A stretch of DNA of 64,000 nucleotides from Nemertoderma westbladi (lineage: Eukaryota; Animalia; Xenacoelomorpha), in NCBI GenBank assembly GCA_032718475.1, contig JAUCBJ010001040.1:22079-86078 (forward strand). The letters run 5' to 3'. Position 1 is the first letter of the stretch, and every line of letters starts with the position of its first letter. The notes under the pieces were generated by a model. The model had not been told where the DNA came from and ran no database searches. It worked only from the letters and a program-made list of their open reading frames with translations. Position numbers and translations under genes: made by a program. Positions 48,826 to 61,713 of the stretch are shown here, one piece after another.

Positions 48826-50936
48826 ACTGTTTGGACACATTGATGTGACATGAGAAATAGAAATGGAGACAGAGAAATGACGACGGCTTAGCTCAACACA
48901 ACCATACCTATAACATAATCTACTGTAAGGTCCATGGTTGTATGAAAGTTCGAGCCTGAAATATGAATTTGAATAAAATGATTACGTTCTATATCTTAAC
49001 ATTTTCTCTCCTTTGGTTAAGTGAATAACTTGTACAGCCTTATAAACAGGATCAGCGTAGGTCCTGCCTATATATAAGGTGATTTATTCCATAAATTTAA
49101 TGCAGCGAGCGGGTGATTACATTGAATGCAGATAAGCAACAAAATATGTTGAATAATTGAATATGAATATAATATAATAAAAAGGATATTATGAAAAATG
49201 AATTTTATGTGCCTTTTAAGAACCATTAGTGTGATTAATAGACTGTAATACATTCCAGCAGAAGTATTGGTTCAAGGCCTACCACCTTTTTGATAGCCTA
49301 CAAGTATGCTATAGGTAATGCGTTAATAGTTTGTGTGCTAGCACTAATGAAATAATTTTTCATTGCATAAATAGGAAAGAATGTCTAATGAATAAAACAT
49401 ATATATCAGAGATGAATAAACATTATCCAAACTCAAACGAGAGAAAGCCGCCCCAATATTAGATTATTACAACAACATATCCATTGGGTAAGAAAGTGGA
49501 GGAGAGCCAGCCCGTCTCTTAATTTTTTACTTTATATTACGCGATCAATTTTCACTCATCTCGTCATGAACCCAACATGTATGTAACCTTTTGTTAAATT
49601 TTTTGGCTATGCGTTTGCGGTTGTTTGGGCGGTGTGTGGTAGGCCTACACTTTTCACACTTAAATGTTTTGGTTGTGAAATGTTACAGGGCATAGCGATC
49701 TGAGATATTTCATTTATATTTTATTATGAGAGGAAGAAGAACATACAACGTTATTTACTATATTATATGTAACGAAATAATTGTTTTCGGGTTTGGAAGC
49801 CTCCCCAAATAGTTTATATACAATTATATTTAAAATTATTTCCATGGTCATGGTCATTCACCCGTCTTTAGTTAGAAATTTGTTTGCATGAAAGACAGTT
49901 TAGTTTAGTTTTTACTGATTTATTATCTCTTATCTGACTGGGGTAATAATAAAGGATAGGATAAATGGAAGCAAAGTGTGACAGTAACAAATATTTCCCC
50001 GTCACCCTAGCATGTCTTAAGTATATGATATATCAAAGGGGGAAGTTTGGATTCACTGCATAAATGCAGTTCACCAAACTTCCCCCGAATGCACATTGTA
50101 ACTTCCCCCTTCCCCCAAATATCCACTGTTGAATTAATTTGAAGCGATATAATAAGTACAAAATTGTGCGAGTTTTTAATTGTGTGGTCCATTTGTTATT
50201 TGATCTCTATTTATTATTTAAAGTGCATATCACACTGGTTTTTAGAATATTATACTATACAACCTTATGTTTTATTAATTTACCCAATCGAAGCCTCAGA
50301 AGGGCCGGTTATTTGTACGCATATCCCCTAATGCGCTCAGTATGGTCCAAACAACATATTAATATGAAAATAAAGTATCTGCAAAGAAAAGAACCCAATA
50401 CTATATAATTTGACCTTATTTAAAAATTTTCACTTTTGCACACTTATTTGTACAAGTGCACTTTAGCAGATCGTAATGGTGGCTCTTATTTAACAAACTT
50501 ATGTTTATCCTCTACCGATCTACGATTGTATATGATCAAGTGTCAGTCGCTAAAAGTGTCAAAAATCCAATTTAATAAATCTCGATATTTGCGATTTTGG
50601 ACCATATTCATGGACATTTAAGTCACTTTATAGACATAAAAAGTTAAACAAATGTTCCGATTATAGTTAGAAATCATTCCAAACTACATTTTAATCCAAA
50701 AAATAACATTCTACGATGAATAGAACTGGAAATAATAGTGTTTGAAATATCGAAAAAATGTTCACTATTTAAGTGCATTTTGCACAAAGTGCACATAAGT
50801 CTTTTCATAAGTTGTTTCCTATTTCACACTCTACAATCTATCCTCTATCCAATGAAAAAAGTTTCAGATCAAACGGCCCAGTAGAACCGAAGTTATTGAT
50901 GTTTAAAAATAGTCACTCGAAAATTTCAAATTCACT

Positions 50937-51011
50937 TGATCACATAGTCTAGTGGTTATCAATAACGTTAATGAAACCTAAGTTCGCGGGTTCGAAATCC
51001 AATATTGACCA
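50937..51011 (+). pseudogene. Degenerate tRNA-like sequence
   Basis: A box TAGTCTAGTGG, B box GGTTCGAAATCC, tRNA-like spacing, ends in CCA; stems imperfect. Confidence 0.45.
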
Positions 51012-52789
51012 TTCTTAATTTTTTGCAAAAAAATTACTTTTATTTTTTCACTAAAATCGCTCTAACTTCGGTTCTGGTGGTCCAAATTCAATAAAATTGG
51101 TATATTCTTTGCCGTAATTTTTTTCTTAATCTTTTGAGAAGGGGATATTTTTGGCCCCAAAAAAATTAAAAAAAAAAGGGCCAAAATAACGCGATATTTT
51201 TCGACCCTTAAAATTCGTAATTTTAATTATATATGTTAAGATAAAAGATAGCGGAGTTAATTTGATTCTTTTTACAGGTACTTTTGGCGCAATACGCTAA
51301 ATTATAATGGAATAGCGATTTGTTAAAAAAAAAAATTTTTCGTCCCTTTTTATAAATATTATATTTCACACGATCGTCTGCCGCTCCAGTTTTATAATAC
51401 CTCCGGCGCTGTGATTAACGCTGTTAGATAGATAATTTAACGCACTATAAGTCTGTGTAAACAAATCTCCCGTAAGTTAAGTAGTTTTCGAGCTAGACGA
51501 TTTCCCGCGAAGCAAGTTTGAAGCGCGAAATTATAATTTTGGCCCTCATTTTTTTAATATCATCCTTGGAGCAAAACCGATAGCATATTTGAATTCCCCG
51601 TATGGATATTGACCGCATAGAATGTACCTTAACCAACTAAAGTTAAAAATAAAAAATTATTCGATAAAAACTACTTTACAAATTCTGGCCCTTTTTGGCC
51701 CCTATTGCCGACATATTTTTTGTACCCCCATTCGATAGGAACGTAGCCCCAATGGTCTTCTACGAGTTTCATAAAAGAATTAGTGGATTCCTACCCGCGT
51801 TGTCGAATTAAACTTAATTAACTCGAATTAAAATTATTTCGGAAATAAGTTTTCCAAAAAAGACGGACAAAAACGTACAAATTTACAGCCCCTTTTTCCA
51901 CCCGAAATTTTAATAAATATCTTACCCCCATTCGATACGAAGGTAGTACCACTCTTCCCCTTTCCAACTGCGTTACTTTCGTCCCCGTACGATTAATATT
52001 AGCTGAGTTATAGCGGATCCCGCAAAGTTATTTTGTCCGTTTTTTCAACTTTGACGGACATTTTCGGAAAAAAGGCGTGGTAATCTTTTTTGAAAAAAAA
52101 AACGAATTCACTAATTAATCCCTTCTATCGTATCCCGGCGTCGGCTAAGCAATAACCTAGGGTTTTTTCGAGCCACTGTAGAGCGCCTTTCAAAAAAATT
52201 TTAAAATTGTCGAAAAAATGACGGTTTTTTGTCCGCCGTGTCCGTCGAAGGGTTAGATTTAATAATGTTAGAGTTGCTAATATCTTAGAATTCCGAGCCG
52301 CTCCCCTGGTGAGAAAATAAAAAAATTTGGTCAGTTCCTTCATCGAAAAGTCCCCCAGAATCCCAAGTTAACCTATATAGTTAGCGATGGCCTGCGGCTT
52401 TAGGAGCGGCCGCGGTATTCACCTCCCTCATAGCGGCCGCGGCGGTGTTGCGTCAAATGGAGAAATATTTATCCCACCAAGAGTGGAAATAAGATCCTTC
52501 CATGCTTTCAGTTTCTCCATACTACAGTAGTTGCAATTTCGTTTCTCTAAAGTCAAGAATCCCTTTCAAATTGGTCTATATATGTTATAGCCGGTCGTTC
52601 ACGGCCATGCTTTCCTTGTGTTGGTTGCCAGAAAAGTGGAACTCAATAATTAGTTGCATCTGTACTGCACTACACTTGGGCTGCTGGTACGTACTGGCTT
52701 TATAAACTATCCAATTTGCACATACAGAAACTCCCATGTATTGAGCATCCACACCCAAAGTCGCTTAAACAATGCCAATAACTCAAGGT

Positions 52790-53075
52790 AAACCAGCTCT
52801 CCAACAAATCAACTAGGAGATCCGAAATGATGAAATCCTAATAAATTTTCAGAAACTCCAGTCCACCATCGACTCACTAACCGATGAGGTTGTCACCTTG
52901 AAAGCTGAACTTGGTGTTGCTCAATCATTTGCAGCATCAACAGAGACACTAATAATGAAGAAGTTATTACAATAAAAAGCGAGAACATTCACCTAAAGAA
53001 ACAGATTTCGTACATACTCCTTTGTAATGACTCACAAGAGCAGTATGCTCAGCGACACCATATACTGTTGGCACA
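52790..53075 (+). mobile_element. LINE ORF1-like fragment
   Basis: Coiled coil then KSENIHLKKQI..DSQEQYAQRHHILL (EQYSRRNN-like motif). Confidence 0.4.
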
Positions 53076-53207
53076 ATACAATTACTTTCCAAACCATCAA
53101 ATACTGGTATCGGTACCGGACAGGTACCCCAACCTGCTATCAGGACTTGACCATTCCTTATTCGCTTCTACGGTCATTCTACAAGATCTTCCCTTAAGAC
53201 AAACGGC

Positions 53208-53924
53208 TCAATCCATGCAACATATTCGATAAATAGAAATGGGACTACTGTACTTTGAAGGACCCGTGACAGAAAGACAAGTGACAGAAGGACCTGTGAC
53301 AGAAGGACCCATGACAAGAGGACCCATGACTGAAGAACACGTGACAGAAGGACCCGTGTCAGAAGGACATGTGACCGAAGGACCCGTGACATGAGGACCC
53401 TTGACAGGAGGACCCGTGACAGGAGGACCCGTGACAGAGAGACCCGTAGCAGCTCGACCAACCTGTCCATTCACTTCACCACGTACCCGACTTAAAATTT
53501 CCCTCGCCCTAGTTCGCGCTTCCCCTGGAGATAACTCGCCAAAAGTATAAACGGGAGTTGCCGAACCCCTAGAAGGACTACATAACTGTGAGATATCCTG
53601 TGGGGCATCTAGCTGAGGCGCCACACTTAATAGTGGTGTTTCAGTTAAAGTGGTGTCGAAATCCACCAACGTATCATGCCACTGAAATTCCTCATCCGAT
53701 ATCGTACCGCCGCTGTCCGTTGGCTGTGAGTGTGAAGCTACGACTGTGGTAGCCGGACTGTCCGGGAGAGGCACCGGTTGTGAGGAAAACGTGCCTCCTC
53801 CATTCGCGCCGTTTCCTTTCCTTCCCGGAGCGCAGTTTGTGCATCATCGATTACGCTTAACACAAACACATCTCGTGCAGTGGGTAGTCGATTTGGAGTT
53901 GCTGCAGCCGCAGCAAGCCACCAT
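53208..53924 (-). mobile_element. Probable CRE-clade retrotransposon 5' coding fragment ending in a tandem array
   Basis: MVACCGCSN..HCTRCVCVKRNR*CTNCAPGRKG, in frame with ORF 53208-53774. Confidence 0.45.
53257..53447. repeat. ~12 x 15-bp tandem array (GAAGGACCCGTGACA), coding (VTGPS)n
   Basis: Seen directly. Confidence 0.95.
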
Positions 53925-54074
53925 TATTGGAAGTGTGGTTTTGGGTTTTTTTTCCCCTACCCGAGTTTAATCAATTGTATTGGCTCCAAGCTGTCTGGCT
54001 GTCTGATAGGTGGTGCAGTACAGGGTAGCAACAAGGTGCAGGCAGAGCAGTACAGCAGTACACAGTAGTAGCTC

Positions 54075-54280
54075 TCTAACTCTACTACCTGGCACCCTAT
54101 GTGCCCATCTCTACTACTCTACTACCTGGCACCCTATGTGCTCTCTCTACTACTCTACTACCTGGCACCCTATGTGCCCTCTCTACTACTCTACTACCTC
54201 TCTAACTCTACTACCTGGCACCCTATGTGCCCTCTCTACTACTCTACTACCTGGCACCCTATGTGCCCTCTCTACTACTC
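54075..54280. repeat. 36-bp minisatellite, ~5 units
   Basis: ctctactacctggcaccctatgtgccctctctacta. Confidence 0.9.
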
Positions 54281-54340
54281 CTCGCCTGCACGTGACGCTC
54301 TGAGTGCCGGCAGAGTGGGTACGTTAATTATGTGAACTAT

Positions 54341-54452
54341 TACTAACTCTTACTAACTCTACTAACTCTCTACTAACTCAACTAACTCTACTACTAACTC
54401 TTACTAACTCTACTAACTCTCTACTAACTCAACTAACTCTACTACTAACTCT
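54341..54452. repeat. TACTAAC-rich microsatellite, 2 x 51-bp higher-order unit
   Basis: 54341-54391 repeats at 54392-54442. Confidence 0.9.
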
Positions 54453-54561
54453 TGTGCCCGGCACCTCTTGTGCCCGGCACCCACCCTAATTAACATACCC
54501 TGCTCTTACATCAAACACGTCATCACGCCCGTGCCCCATTTAGTTCAACGCATCCCCTACT

Positions 54562-54703
54562 AACTCTAACTACGTGGCACTTGCGGTGCCCACAACCACT
54601 CTGCTTACTACTTCCTACGTAGCGCTTACGGTGCCCACGACCACTCTAACTACGTGGCGCTTGCGGTGCCCACAACCACTCTGTTTACTACTTCCTACGT
54701 GGT
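54562..54703. repeat. ~35-41-bp minisatellite
   Basis: ctacgtggc(a/g)cttgcggtgcccacaaccactct repeated. Confidence 0.85.
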
Positions 54704-54706
54704 GCT

Positions 54707-55929
54707 TGTTGGAGATTTATATTAGCTTTTATAAACATTCTTCCCATAGTTTTTCTAAACATTATGTTATCATGATTATTAGTTGGCAATTTACCATTAT
54801 ACATAGGCTTACTTTGAAGTATTATATTTGTCACATTGTTACATTAATTAACAGCTGATTTATCTATTGAGGTTTACTCTTTACCATTTACTCTTTTGAT
54901 ATTCATTGTTATTGTTGTTGTTTTTTTGTTGTCGTAAAACTTTCAATAATATTGCCAATATGTATACTTATACTGTAGGAATAGCTCTGTTTATATATTA
55001 AATATACTATAAGATTATTGTTATTATATTCGACATCTTATACTAAAAACTCTTTGTCAATCCTTCGGGAACCCCAACAAGTGGAGCCTTCAGAGAGAAA
55101 CAGACTATCCTACGGTATTTCATTCAACGAGACAACAATGTTTCGATGTTGATTTCTTCAAGTTGTGAACATTTACACAATAACTCGCTTTGATCAATTC
55201 AGCATTATTTATTAAGAAGCAGCCGCTGTATTGTTATCGCCGTCAGTTGAACTCAAATTACCTCGGACATTGCGGTAAGATCGAACCAAAGTAACATTAT
55301 TGTAACAAGATTTAACTGATCATTTTCTTGTATCTTATATAAATACTGTATTTATTTGATATCGTGTTTAATATTTTGACAGTATTTATTAATTGCACAA
55401 TTTATAGTTACAATATTTGTATAGGGATTTAAATTCGTAGCCTAAAATCAAATATTCTCAAAATCAAATTATTGGATCAACAAAATATAAATACTGTATG
55501 GAGCAATTAAAGTCACAACGTGCAGGGAAACGGGGATATTTAACTAGATTAATTTCACAAACTAATACACTATTGTTAGTGACTGAGAAGGATCGTATAG
55601 AACTAGAGGTGTTGCGTGATAACATTTTTGATGTTTTAAGTCCTCAGTCCTATCCATTCGCCAATGTTGGAATTGACATGGCTGGTCCACTTTATGTAAA
55701 GTCAGAAGTGTCTACTGACAGTACATTGAAGGTTTACATTTGCCTTTATACATGCCCCAGCACAAGAGCAATTCATCTGGATTTACTTAACGATCTCACA
55801 AGTGAAACATTCATAAATTCGTTGAGGCAATTCATAGCTCGAAGAGGAGTCCCAATTCGCATCTTGTCTGACAATGGTGCCACGTTTAAAAGAGCATCGC
55901 GAGAATTAAAGAAACTCTATAAGCTATAA
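54707..55929 (+). mobile_element. BEL/Pao remnant: probable 5' LTR (54707-55079), PBS-like site and internally deleted ORF
   Basis: TGTTGG...CCAACA followed by agTGGAGCC; ORF below. Confidence 0.7.
55498..55929 (+). CDS. BEL Gag N-terminus fused in frame to the integrase core (truncated)
   Basis: MEQLKSQRAGKRGYLTRL.. then PFANVGIDMAGP..KVYICLYTC..RAIHLDL..RQFIARRGVP..SDNGATF. Confidence 0.85.
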   Translation: MEQLKSQRAGKRGYLTRLISQTNTLLLVTEKDRIELEVLRDNIFDVLSPQSYPFANVGIDMAGPLYVKSEVSTDSTLKVYICLYTCPSTRAIHLDLLNDLTSETFINSLRQFIARRGVPIRILSDNGATFKRASRELKKLYKL

Positions 55930-57747
55930 ACTGTGACTGCAAGCCACCACGAAAGAAAGTTAAAGATGAGCACAGAGCCTTATAGCTTTATATACTTTAT
56001 TCTGGAATACGAACTGGTAATGCCTAATATACGTACCAGTATATACATGACAGTTGCAATCATGGTGTTTTGCAGTGTTTGTAATGTTGAATTGAGTTCC
56101 TTGGCAATATACCTCTTTCCTTTGGGGGTTATGCATAACATTAACGTGAATAAGGATAAATTAATTTGTGGACATGATGGCTGTCAGCTTGATTTTTATA
56201 GGTTCTATTCCTTATCTCAACACATACACAAATTTTGAAGCTAATATTGTTTTACAATGTGTATCTCTAGAGAGTTTTTTAAATATCTGTATATCTGTAA
56301 ACAAAATTCGCAATATTTGGTTTTTATACGTTGGTCAAATATTTAACAATATGTTCTTACAAATATTGTTAATATATCTTGCCAATTCTGAAAGATTGAA
56401 ATTTCCACATGTCTATTTTGACAAGATATGATATAGATCCTGACAAGATATTAATTGAAGTTTTCACCAGATATTTTTGACAAGAATATCCCGAATATTC
56501 TGACAAGATAAAGGACAAGTGTATTTAACTAGATATATCTTGTCATTCTATATTTTTTTTTGTCAATTTGACTGAACTTTTTTTAAGAGTGTGCATTTGG
56601 AAGAATATTTGAATGATAACAAATTGTCATCAAGTTATCAAGTAATTTGCTGAAATGCACCATCGTTATCGACTTAATATGATGGCCAAGTTTGTCTCAA
56701 AACTTTAAAAAATTATACATCTTTAAATTTCCATATGCTGCAAAGCTATCATGATCATGGGGCAGCTGGAAATATTTCCAGTGACAGATGTCCTTGGTCT
56801 GTCGAATCCTTTCCTAGACATGTTTGATTTTTCAAATGTAACTTTTCCTATTGACAGAGTACATTAAACAGTAAATTAAATTACTGAGGACATTAAATAG
56901 GTTTTGATGAAAACAATATAGATTTTGATGTGACTTTGCTTTCAGTAAAGGTTAGTTAACTTAGATATACTGGTACATGTAATGTATACAATTTATTAAA
57001 ATTTATAAAATTATTTATTTAAAATTTTCAAGTAAATATAGGGCAAGTATGTGGTGGTGATATTTGTTGCGGAATATATGGGATAACCGGTTGTCCACGG
57101 TTCAGATATTCCATGCCTGCATGGGTTCTAAATGTTTTTACATAAATATTCTGGGTCTGAATGATAATGAAGGGAATGCATTATCGCCCCACACATTTCA
57201 CTCTCGCGAATTCAGTCGGCAGTTTTTCACAGAAAAATTTTGTTATGTAAGTAAATTATATTTATATAGGATCTAATAGCTGACAGACACTTACTTAAGT
57301 ACATTGGTATAGACAGAGATTTTAAGGATGAGTTGAAAGTATCTAAATATTTTTCTATAATTTTTTAATGTTTATTGAAAGATATACTTACCCTTGAAAA
57401 ATTAAATACTATTTATATACCAGTAAGTATTATAAAAATTTAATGTGTATCAGTAAATAGTATTTGTAAGTATATATTAAAGTATAATGTATAGCACAGT
57501 CACATTTTTAGAAATTTTTTAAACAATTTAAGTAGAATATTAATTATATAAAGTAATTATCTAGAGTCCCAATAATGAAGTAACAATAAATACCATAAGA
57601 AACCACTTTTGGGAAGAAATTTTACTAGAGGAATCAGGGGTGAAACTAGTTAATATATGCAACCCTCATTTAGTAGACATTCGACCCATGGACCGCTCTT
57701 TATAGATTTTTAATATATGGAAGCATTATCTGATTATTTGCGGCTTC
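55927..57747 (+). repeat. Copy 1 of a 1.8-kb direct duplication
   Basis: Matches 61714-63526 with scattered SNPs and one 8-bp indel. Confidence 0.95.
56040..56594 (+). mobile_element. EnSpm/CACTA-like piece: C2H2 N-terminus, subterminal repeats and terminus (also in copy 2)
   Basis: MVFCSVC..H..LICGHDGC..F..F.SL..HI; repeated (t)gacaagata; end tttttaagagtgtg (reverse complement CACACTCTTAAAAA). Confidence 0.5.
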
Positions 57748-58552
57748 TTATAGAAAGGTGAATATTTATTTTTATTTGATAAATATACATTTTCTCTATT
57801 TTTGACCATGCATCCACCTCTCTCACCAAATATCAAAGAATCTCAACCTCCACCCCCAACGCCTTCTTCTCCTTTTATCGCATTAGTTAATTTGTCATAC
57901 AGTCCCGCTCTCAAAAAGCATTCCTTTGATCAAACATTGATCAAACTTTGATAAAAATTTGATCAAATATTGAAATGTATCAGGCTTATAAATCCTGCCA
58001 TTGAGTTCTACTTCAAAGTCAAAGGAAGCGAGGAGGGATGAGGGAGTGTTGCTATGAGCAACCAGAGAGAAAGGACGGACAGTGAACCGTCGATAGTCAA
58101 GGTGGAGAAAGAGAGCCGGTGGGGTCGTACTCCGGGAGATTGCCGTTGCCCCGGAGAAACACAACCTGGTGAAATATACCATACACCGGGAGAGGGGTAC
58201 AGAGTGTACCGGTACGAGGAAGAAGACAGGAGAGAGGATCGGAGGGAAACTTCCCGTCGGAACGTAGCTGCCAATCGATAATATGGTAGTCGCGGGGAGT
58301 ATCAGAGGCTAGAGGATCAACACCTATGAGACAAATAAAAATTGGTTAAATTTTAATATTAATTTTTTTATTATTACTTTCTATGTCTATCATGTATATT
58401 TGTTTTTTTTGTAATTTAATTTTTAGCCATCCTAAAATTTTAAATTTTCAAAAAATATTACACCAGGGACACAAAACAAATTGATATTTTTTGGATTAAA
58501 TTGTCTCGATCAGGGCATTTTGAAATCTGGCCCTCCTCCCATTATTTCTTAA

Positions 58553-60128
58553 CCCTATTAGATGTTGTAAAATGTCTAGATGCTATAAAATGTTGTACAC
58601 ATACCGGGAGGGGGTCATATTGACCCCCCCCCCCCCCCCCCCCCCTCTAAAATCTACAAATATTTACGAAAACGTCTGATTTTTTGTTTGTACGTAGGTA
58701 TCACTTGTCTGGATCCGAACGAAAAAAAAAATTTTCGAAAAAATGTACTGGGGTGGTTATATTGCAGCACCAAAATTACAAGTAGTGCACTATTTTCACA
58801 AAATTTGAAAGTTACATTTTCGGCTAATTATTTTTCAATACAGGTTTTTTGGGGTGCAAAATACATTGGAAAATATTTAAAAATGATATGATTACTATAA
58901 ATGGAAGTTTAGTCCTCTCTGCGTAGGAAAAAAATGAAAAAAACAAGTAACCAGCACTTTTCAGTTAGAACACAAAATTTTTAATTCACTTATACGATGC
59001 TATAAATTCACATTTTCAGGTTTTCGAGGGCGCTAATTCTAATGGAATACATTTCTAATATGCCAGATCATTGCTACTTGTATTTTTCGGCGTAATTTAG
59101 CAAATTTTGGTGCTATTACCAAATTTCGTACCCATCACCAAAAAGTACAAGTTTGCGATGTCCAGTGCTGTTTTTATTGATTTCATCGGATTCAGGACCC
59201 TCATAAACCCGTATAACGCAAGAAACAAGGTGATACTATCTATTTATCAATTTGCATATTTTCCAAAATTTGGTGCTGGCACAACAATTTTCACCCACCG
59301 GCGAAAAATACAAGTTTGAGAACTCTTATGAAATTTTTACTGATTCCATTGAATTCAGAACCATCACAAACCCGTATAACGCAAGAAACAAGGTGACACG
59401 ATCAATTGATATATTTGATGGTTTTCAAAATTTGGTGCAAGCACCACATTTTGCACCCACATCCGAAAAATACAGTTTGAGATGTCTAGTTCGATAATTA
59501 TATTTTCCATTGAATTCAGAACAGCCATAAACCTCTAAAACGCAAGAAATAAATTGTCACAAGCAATGTTATATATTGAATGGATTTTCAAAATTTCGTG
59601 TTAGCACCAAAATTAGCACACAGCACCGAAAAATATAAGTTTGATACGCTTGGTTCAAATCGTATATATTTCATCGAATCCAGAACCTCAAAAAACCCCA
59701 ATTGAGTAAAAAACAAGTTTCAAACAATCAATTTACAAAATTGACCTATTTCAAAATTTGGTGCTGGCACCAAAATTTGGCACCCATCGAAAAAAACAAG
59801 TTTGAAATTTCTAAATCAGTTTATATGAATTCCATCCAATTTCTAACAACAAAAAACCGGTGTAAATCAAAAATAGAGATGTTACAATTCATATTTAATG
59901 AAATGTAATTTTCAAAAAACGTCTCAAAAAAGTGCCAAAAGTAGGGTTAAAAAATGGTGCTATAACTCGAAAAGTACCCAATATTTTTGAAAACGGTTTT
60001 CACTACCATGAAGACAATAGATTTTTAGGAAAAGTCATAAAATTTCAGATTCCCAACTGCGTTTGTTTCAGAATTATAATAAAAAAACCACGGGGGGGTC
60101 ATATTGACCCCCTCCGGGTTTAATAGGG
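58553..60128. mobile_element. Non-autonomous piggyBac-like element, 1576 bp
   Basis: ttaa|CCCTATTA ... TAATAGGG|ttaa; subterminal palindromes ggggtcatattgacccc at both ends; internal ~120-bp repeats. Confidence 0.85.
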
Positions 60129-60628
60129 TTAACTCTGCCTATGGTCCTGTCAGTTTTAGAACTGGACCAACAGTGTAGCCCTGAAGCTCCTAACAACTGA
60201 TGACATAACTGAACAACATAAATTAAATATTCTCGTGTTTTGTTAATAGTAAATTTATATACCTTGTATTTGCCGAAATTGATAATTAACATTAGTCGGC
60301 TTTATTGCTGTTATATGGAGCCGGGCTGCTTCCCACTCCTTTGATCCGTCACCTTTTTCCGACTGAGCTCCCGACTTCCCCCACCCCGTCACATCCCAGC
60401 CATTTCCCTCTGCTTCGTATTGTCTTACATTCTCGCGGATGTTTCTTCTGAGATCGACGTTAGTAAATGGCTGATTCCGGCTCTAAATAATATTAAATTA
60501 ATTACACATCTTTTCTGAAAACTCTTTGTTCAGGAATACGATACAATTAAATTAAATTTATATCAAACATATTTATTATAAGATTTTAAACATTGTAAAT
60601 AATTATTAAAAAAATATAATAAACTTAC

Positions 60629-60853
60629 GGTTAGTGCATATTCGTTGGCAAATAATAATGTGAAGGATTTCGATATGAAGGGATGTGGTTGAACTACTTG
60701 CCCCTCCTTATCGATAGATCCAGGGATATTGACTTTGGCTTTTATATTCCATATAAAACTGAATGATAACTTAGAGTCGTAGCAACTACAATTGGCATAC
60801 GGGCCCGAAACACCGTCGCAAATCGCTCCTTTGCAGGAGGATATCATTGTTAT
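60629..60853 (-). CDS. Orphan 225-bp phase 0-0 exon, Cys-containing unknown protein
   Basis: tttttag|ATAACAATG...CTAACC|gtaagt; 75 open codons: SCKGAICDG..NCSC..FISKSFTLLF. Confidence 0.5.
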
Positions 60854-61017
60854 CTAAAAATTTAATAATTATCATTATAACTCAAATAGAAAAAATAATT
60901 TTATACAACATAATAATGCTTTCATTTATCTTTCAAATAAATATATAAATATTATTTATTTAATATTAATATACATATACATTTGAAGATACATATTCCT
61001 TCGTTAAATAATTTGGC

Positions 61018-61103
61018 GTGGGGCAGGTGTTAAATTAACCACAGTACTAAGCGCGGGTGGGGTGGGGCAGGTTTTAAATCAACCACACTACTAAGCGCGG
61101 GTG
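61018..61103. repeat. 2 x 44-bp direct repeat
   Basis: gtggggcaggt.ttaaat.aaccaca.tactaagcgcgggtg. Confidence 0.85.
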
Positions 61104-61713
61104 TAGGGTGGTAGATCAACCATAGTAACTGTGAGCGGATTCAATTCCGCCTCACTAGTTGGGAAGTGGCGCCCTTTTTCAGCAATATTGGAGATATGAG
61201 ATTAATCACAAGTAATCTCGTATCACACCCAATAATGGGGACAACACACAGCCCCGAAGGCCACACAAAGGGAGGTTAGAGGTCAAACCACCTCAAGAGG
61301 GAAAGTAACAGCAGCGGGGGGGAAGCACTCCCACAGAGGTGAGAGCCGAGAATGAGACTATTAGCCAATAAGGGCAAGGGAAGCATCCGCTAGATTGAGA
61401 GGCCAAAGTAATGTAGGAGTGACAATCACATATATTATATTGCATACCATACCGGTCAGTTTAGTTTACTCAGTCACTCAGTGCAGACTGGTGACATTTC
61501 GTACCGTCACCGTCACTACCGGTACAACATTTATATTATCATTCACATACCAATTCTGTCAACTGTGCAATCATATTTTATATCAGTTAACCTATAACAA
61601 TATCAGAACGATAACGACAAACTATCTTCTTCTCAATTACACGGTGACGCGTAACCTAATAAACCGGTTGGGATCCCCTGATCCCGTCACAGTATGAAAT
61701 TCAGGAATCACTG

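Noticed and set aside
50937-51011. Functional tRNA gene
   Set aside because: Acceptor and anticodon stems do not pair properly; kept only as a tRNA-like relic.
50270-52445. Helentron-associated non-autonomous (DINE-like) element
   Set aside because: Looks like transposon subterminal DNA with GC-rich palindromes, but I could not define matching sub-TIRs.
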